64,000 nucleotides of DNA from the human T2T-CHM13v2.0 reference genome, Homo sapiens. The translations under genes and the position numbers were made by a program. Where the stretch lies: the NCBI RefSeq assembly GCF_009914755.1, contig NC_060938.1; one strand, 5' to 3'. This document shows, one piece after another, positions 60,385 to 64,000 of the stretch (positions are counted from its first letter, which is position 1; each line of letters starts with the position of its first letter). The notes under the pieces are model-generated. The model saw only the letters and a list, made by a program, of their open reading frames with translations. It did not search any database and was not told where the DNA came from.

Positions 60385-61305
60385 TCAAATCAATACCAAA
60401 TGCTGGTGAGGATGTGGAGCAGCAGAAATTCTCATTCACTCCTGGTAGGAATGCAAAATAGTACCACTACCCTGGAAGACAGTTTGGCAGTTTCTTATAA
60501 AACTAAACATACTCGTTACTTATAACAAGTAATAAAAGTAAATGCAAATTAAAAAAAAACTAAACATACTCTTACCATACAATACATACAGCAATTACAC
60601 TCCTTGGTATTTACCCAAAGGAGCTGAAATCTTATGTTCATAAAAAAAACTTGTACACAGATATTTATATTAGCTTTATTCATAATTGCCAAAATTAGGA
60701 AGCAACTAAAATGTCCTTCAGTAGGTGAATGGATAAACTATGGTACATCCAACCAATAAAATGTTATTCAACACTAAAATAAATGAGCTATCAAGTCTTG
60801 AAAAGACATGAAGGAAACTTAAGTGCATATAACTAAGTCAAAGAAGCCCATCTGAAAAGAGTACATGCTGTATGATTCCAACTATATGACAGTCTGGAAA
60901 AAGCAAAATTATGGACACAGTAAAAAGATCAGTGGTTGCCAGGGAGTTGAAGGTGGTGGGTGATGAAGAAGTGGAGCACAGAGGATTTTCAGGGCAGTGA
61001 TGTATGGTATGTATGGTACTATAATGGTGGATACATGTCATTACACATTTGTCTAAACTCAGAATGTCCAACACCAAGAATGAGCCCTAACGTGAACTCT
61101 GAATTCTGGGTGATAATGATGCGTCAATGTAGGATCATCAATTGTAACAAATGTACTGCTCTGGTGGGAGTGAGGGGGGAGGTGTTGATAATGGGGGAGG
61201 CTGTGCTTGTGCAGGGACAGGGGCATATGAGAAATCTCTGTACTTTCCTCTCAATTGTGCTGTGAACCTAAAACTGCTCTTAAAAAATTAAATTTTTAAA
61301 AATAA
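60385..61305 (+). mobile_element. L1MC-like 3' end
   Basis: aataccaaatgctggtgaggatgtggagc...gaaatctctgtactttcctctcaattgtgctgtgaacctaaaactgctct. Confidence 0.85.
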
Positions 61306-61724
61306 ATAAGTATACAGATGTCCTCATACAAAGGCAAACTGATGTGTGTATAAGGATATTCATAGAGTACTGCTTAAATATGGTACATTCACACAATAAA
61401 TATTATGCAGCTATAAAAAGAATATGGCAACTTTATATGTACTGAAATATATATTGCTAAGTGAAAAAAGCAAGGTACAGAAAATACATAGTGTGCCACC
61501 ATTTGTGTGCTTACAAAAAAAAATATTTATACATATGTTTGCATATACTTATATATTCATGAACTATCCATGGGAAGATACAGAAGAAAGTCATAACCGA
61601 TACCTCTGTTGGCTGATGATACAGGTAGGCTAAAACCAGGGACTGTGCTCTGCAGAAGGCAGGTAGACTAGAGAAGATCCTCTGCATCACATTAAGAGGT
61701 TTAGATAGCATGCAAACTCAAGAG

Positions 61725-61945
61725 CAAGGTTTCTCAACAGTGGCACTTGTGATATCTGGGGCCAGATAATTCTTTATTGTGGGGGCCACCCGGTACATTG
61801 TAAAATGTTTAGCAGTATCTCTGGCCTCTCCCACTAGATGCTGGTAGTACTCTCCTCTCACATCTAGTTGTGACTACCAAAAATGTCTCTAGACACTGAC
61901 AAATGTCCCCTGTAAGGTAAAATCACACCTGGTTGAGAAGCACTG
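61725..61945. mobile_element. MER20 (hAT-Charlie MITE)
   Basis: caaggtttctcaac...ggttgagaagcactg; perfect 8-bp TSD CTCAAGAG. Confidence 0.9.
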
Positions 61946-62990
61946 CTCAAGAGCCACACGGTCATCTTTAACCTACAAAACATTCTAGTGCTACATTCCT
62001 GTAAATTAACAACAAATCCAATATACATTCAGATATAGAACTGAGGAATATATTGGGCATCGTTTTCAGATGACCTTCATTATTTCAGTCACAGTCTCAC
62101 GCTGAGATCATTCAAGTGCCTTTGCAAATCTGAACTATCATTTTTAAACATATCTACTCCATCACAAAAGTCTCTTTTCTGCATTGGTTGAATACAAATG
62201 ATAAAGAACTAAATACAAAAGCCAGGCAGATGTTCCGCAGTACACAGAGAGTGTGCCAGATCCTGCAATGGACTCCTCAACGATGCACTGACCTTAAGGA
62301 TCTCTGAGGCTATTTCACCAGTCAGTAGACCAGCTTCCCCACCCTGCAAAGCCCATCCCCAAATAGCGTGCACTCTCCAGCTCCAAGATCTTCTGGGATG
62401 CCAAGAAAGGCAACTCTCCCACAGAAATCTATCAGAAAACCACATTTTGGCTCAGCTTTTGAAAAACTAAAATAATTGTTCACACAGTAAGAATGTAATT
62501 ACTCACATTATGTTAATAATGTTTTTCCTCATAACTCCTAATGACCACACAAAATCTAAGACACTATTCAAAAATCATAAAAGGTATCAACCCTGACTTC
62601 AAGGAGATTATAAAGAGAAGCGTTAGTTATAAAGCCCAAGAGAGGCCTTAACTACATTCTACAAATCACAATTTTATTAAGCATTAAGCCATTTCTAATA
62701 TACCACAATGAATAAGATTAAAAAAAAAAAAGACATCCAACAGGCTTGAATATTTTTCAAACACGGATCTAAGACTTTTGTTATTTTCCTGTGTCTTTTC
62801 TTTTGCCAAAGCTAGAAATCCAGTAATACCCTGGCAATCTTGGCTTCATATTTTGAAGTCATTTATTGCTTCAGCACTGTCGTAGTTAAAGTTCTGGATT
62901 TCGTTCTCATGAAATCATGCTCTTCAAATTCTAGCACTGTGCCGACTACATTTGCTTAGCTCTCCAAAGGTTGGCTCTCATTTGTGGAGT

Positions 62991-63006
62991 TGACCTCCAA
63001 TGACCT
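62991..63006 (-). promoter_or_regulatory. Perfect DR4 nuclear-receptor motif AGGTCA-TTGG-AGGTCA
   Basis: TGACCTCCAATGACCT on +; motif only, function not shown. Confidence 0.4.
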
Positions 63007-63083
63007 CACTCTTGCAATATATACACCTGTGAGTCACTATGGAAGATGCTTAAAAGTGTCCGCGGAGAAAAAAAGAAACTCAC

Positions 63084-63280
63084 CATTCTAACTACTTCAG
63101 GGTAAGTCTGCTCTGTCAAACAGCCTCTGCTTATTGTAATGTAGTCCACCAGTTCATTAAGAGTGGAGCGCTTGTATTCTTTCATTTTAAGATCAGATAG
63201 CGTGTCCATGAAGTCAAAAATGACACAGCACTGCTGAAGTTTCTTTAGGAACAGTTCAGGCTGCTCTGAGGATGGAACGT
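63084..63280 (-). CDS. PPP2R5E: PP2A B56-epsilon coding exon (exon 3; 197 nt; [66 protein letters not shown])
   Basis: Translation matches the B56-epsilon N-terminal region; acceptor ttttcttag|AC, donor ATG|gtgagt; overlaps track ORF 63006..63209. Confidence 0.97.
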
Positions 63281-64000
63281 CTAAGAAAAAAAAAGGAAAT
63301 GGTGTAAGTCTGTCATCAATTTCCAGGTAACAGGAATTCTCTGTGAAAGTTACTTCAAAGGCAAGCTAAAAAAAAATAAGAATTCACATGACAACAGTGT
63401 TCTTTTTCACAGTTACACATGGGTGGGAGGGGATACCGTATCTACTACTTCAGAGACCTTGTCTTTGAAAACTACATTGTACCAACAAAATTGACTGTAT
63501 TTGCTATTCCACAACCAAGGATTGACCAAAATCCCAAAAGACTTTAGAAGGTTGAAGCAAATTTTAACCAAAAACACCCCAATGTCAATACCTTTAAATT
63601 AAAAACACTGAAAAAGGTCAAACTTTCCCTTATAAGAAAGCTTTCGCTGTGGTTTAAATTAGTTTTACTAAAAAATTTCAAAGCAGAAATGTCAGTTGAT
63701 TTATTTTAATTTCATGCTGACATCCTTGGTATTTAAAGCTATTGTTGTGTGTTTATATTTTTTTGTTTTGTTTTGGCTTGATCTGTATGAAGTTTCTTTC
63801 TGAAAGAAACCTGAAAAATCTACTAAATGAAACAATACCAACTCTCTCAAAAAGAGCACACCAGCAATAAGAAAATAAGAGTAAATGCCATATAAATCTA
63901 CATTCTCTTTTTACCCATCTTCTTGTACTGTGAGAGAAAACCACTAACATCTTATATTAATATGTTCCCAGAATGGACATCTGCTCTTTTCCCGCAAACA

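Noticed and set aside
62780-62990. Unique-looking segment after exon 3 considered as an intronic snoRNA/scaRNA or alternative exon
   Set aside because: I could not identify convincing C/D or H/ACA architecture or paired splice sites; an Infernal/Rfam search would settle it.

Overview
Human (primate) genomic DNA. The window lies entirely inside a minus-strand protein-coding gene that I recognise from its translated exons as PPP2R5E (PP2A regulatory subunit B56-epsilon). Eight consecutive internal coding exons (about D53-E318; exons 3-10 in the usual numbering) have canonical GT-AG boundaries, join in a consistent frame and have no stops. The rest is intron, dense in repeats: about 30 Alus including a young AluYa5, MIR, L2, L1 and HAL1 fossils, a long fragmented CR1/L3, a full-length Tigger1, Charlie1a, several MITEs (MER20, MER44, MER45A, MER53, MER102, MER103, MADE2) and three solo LTRs (MLT1A/MST-like, MSTB, MER41). 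Nearly all ORFs in the supplied track are repeat or low-complexity artefacts. There is no prokaryotic-type system and no CRISPR array. The most unusual feature is the 1,300-nt intron before the 60-nt exon. About 1.2 kb of it is one polypyrimidine tract with no AG for 1,237 nt and no adenosine in the usual branch window, and two TACTGAC branch-consensus motifs sit about 1.2 kb upstream of the 3' splice site, making it a candidate ultra-distal branch-point intron. Other leads are seven strictly alternating Alus around the exon cluster, tiny TSD-flanked retro-insertions of non-repeat RNA 3' ends, a perfect DR4 element, and a MER41 LTR with one intact GAS site. Repeat family names come from recalled consensus sequences, and repeat boundaries are approximate unless a TSD is given.
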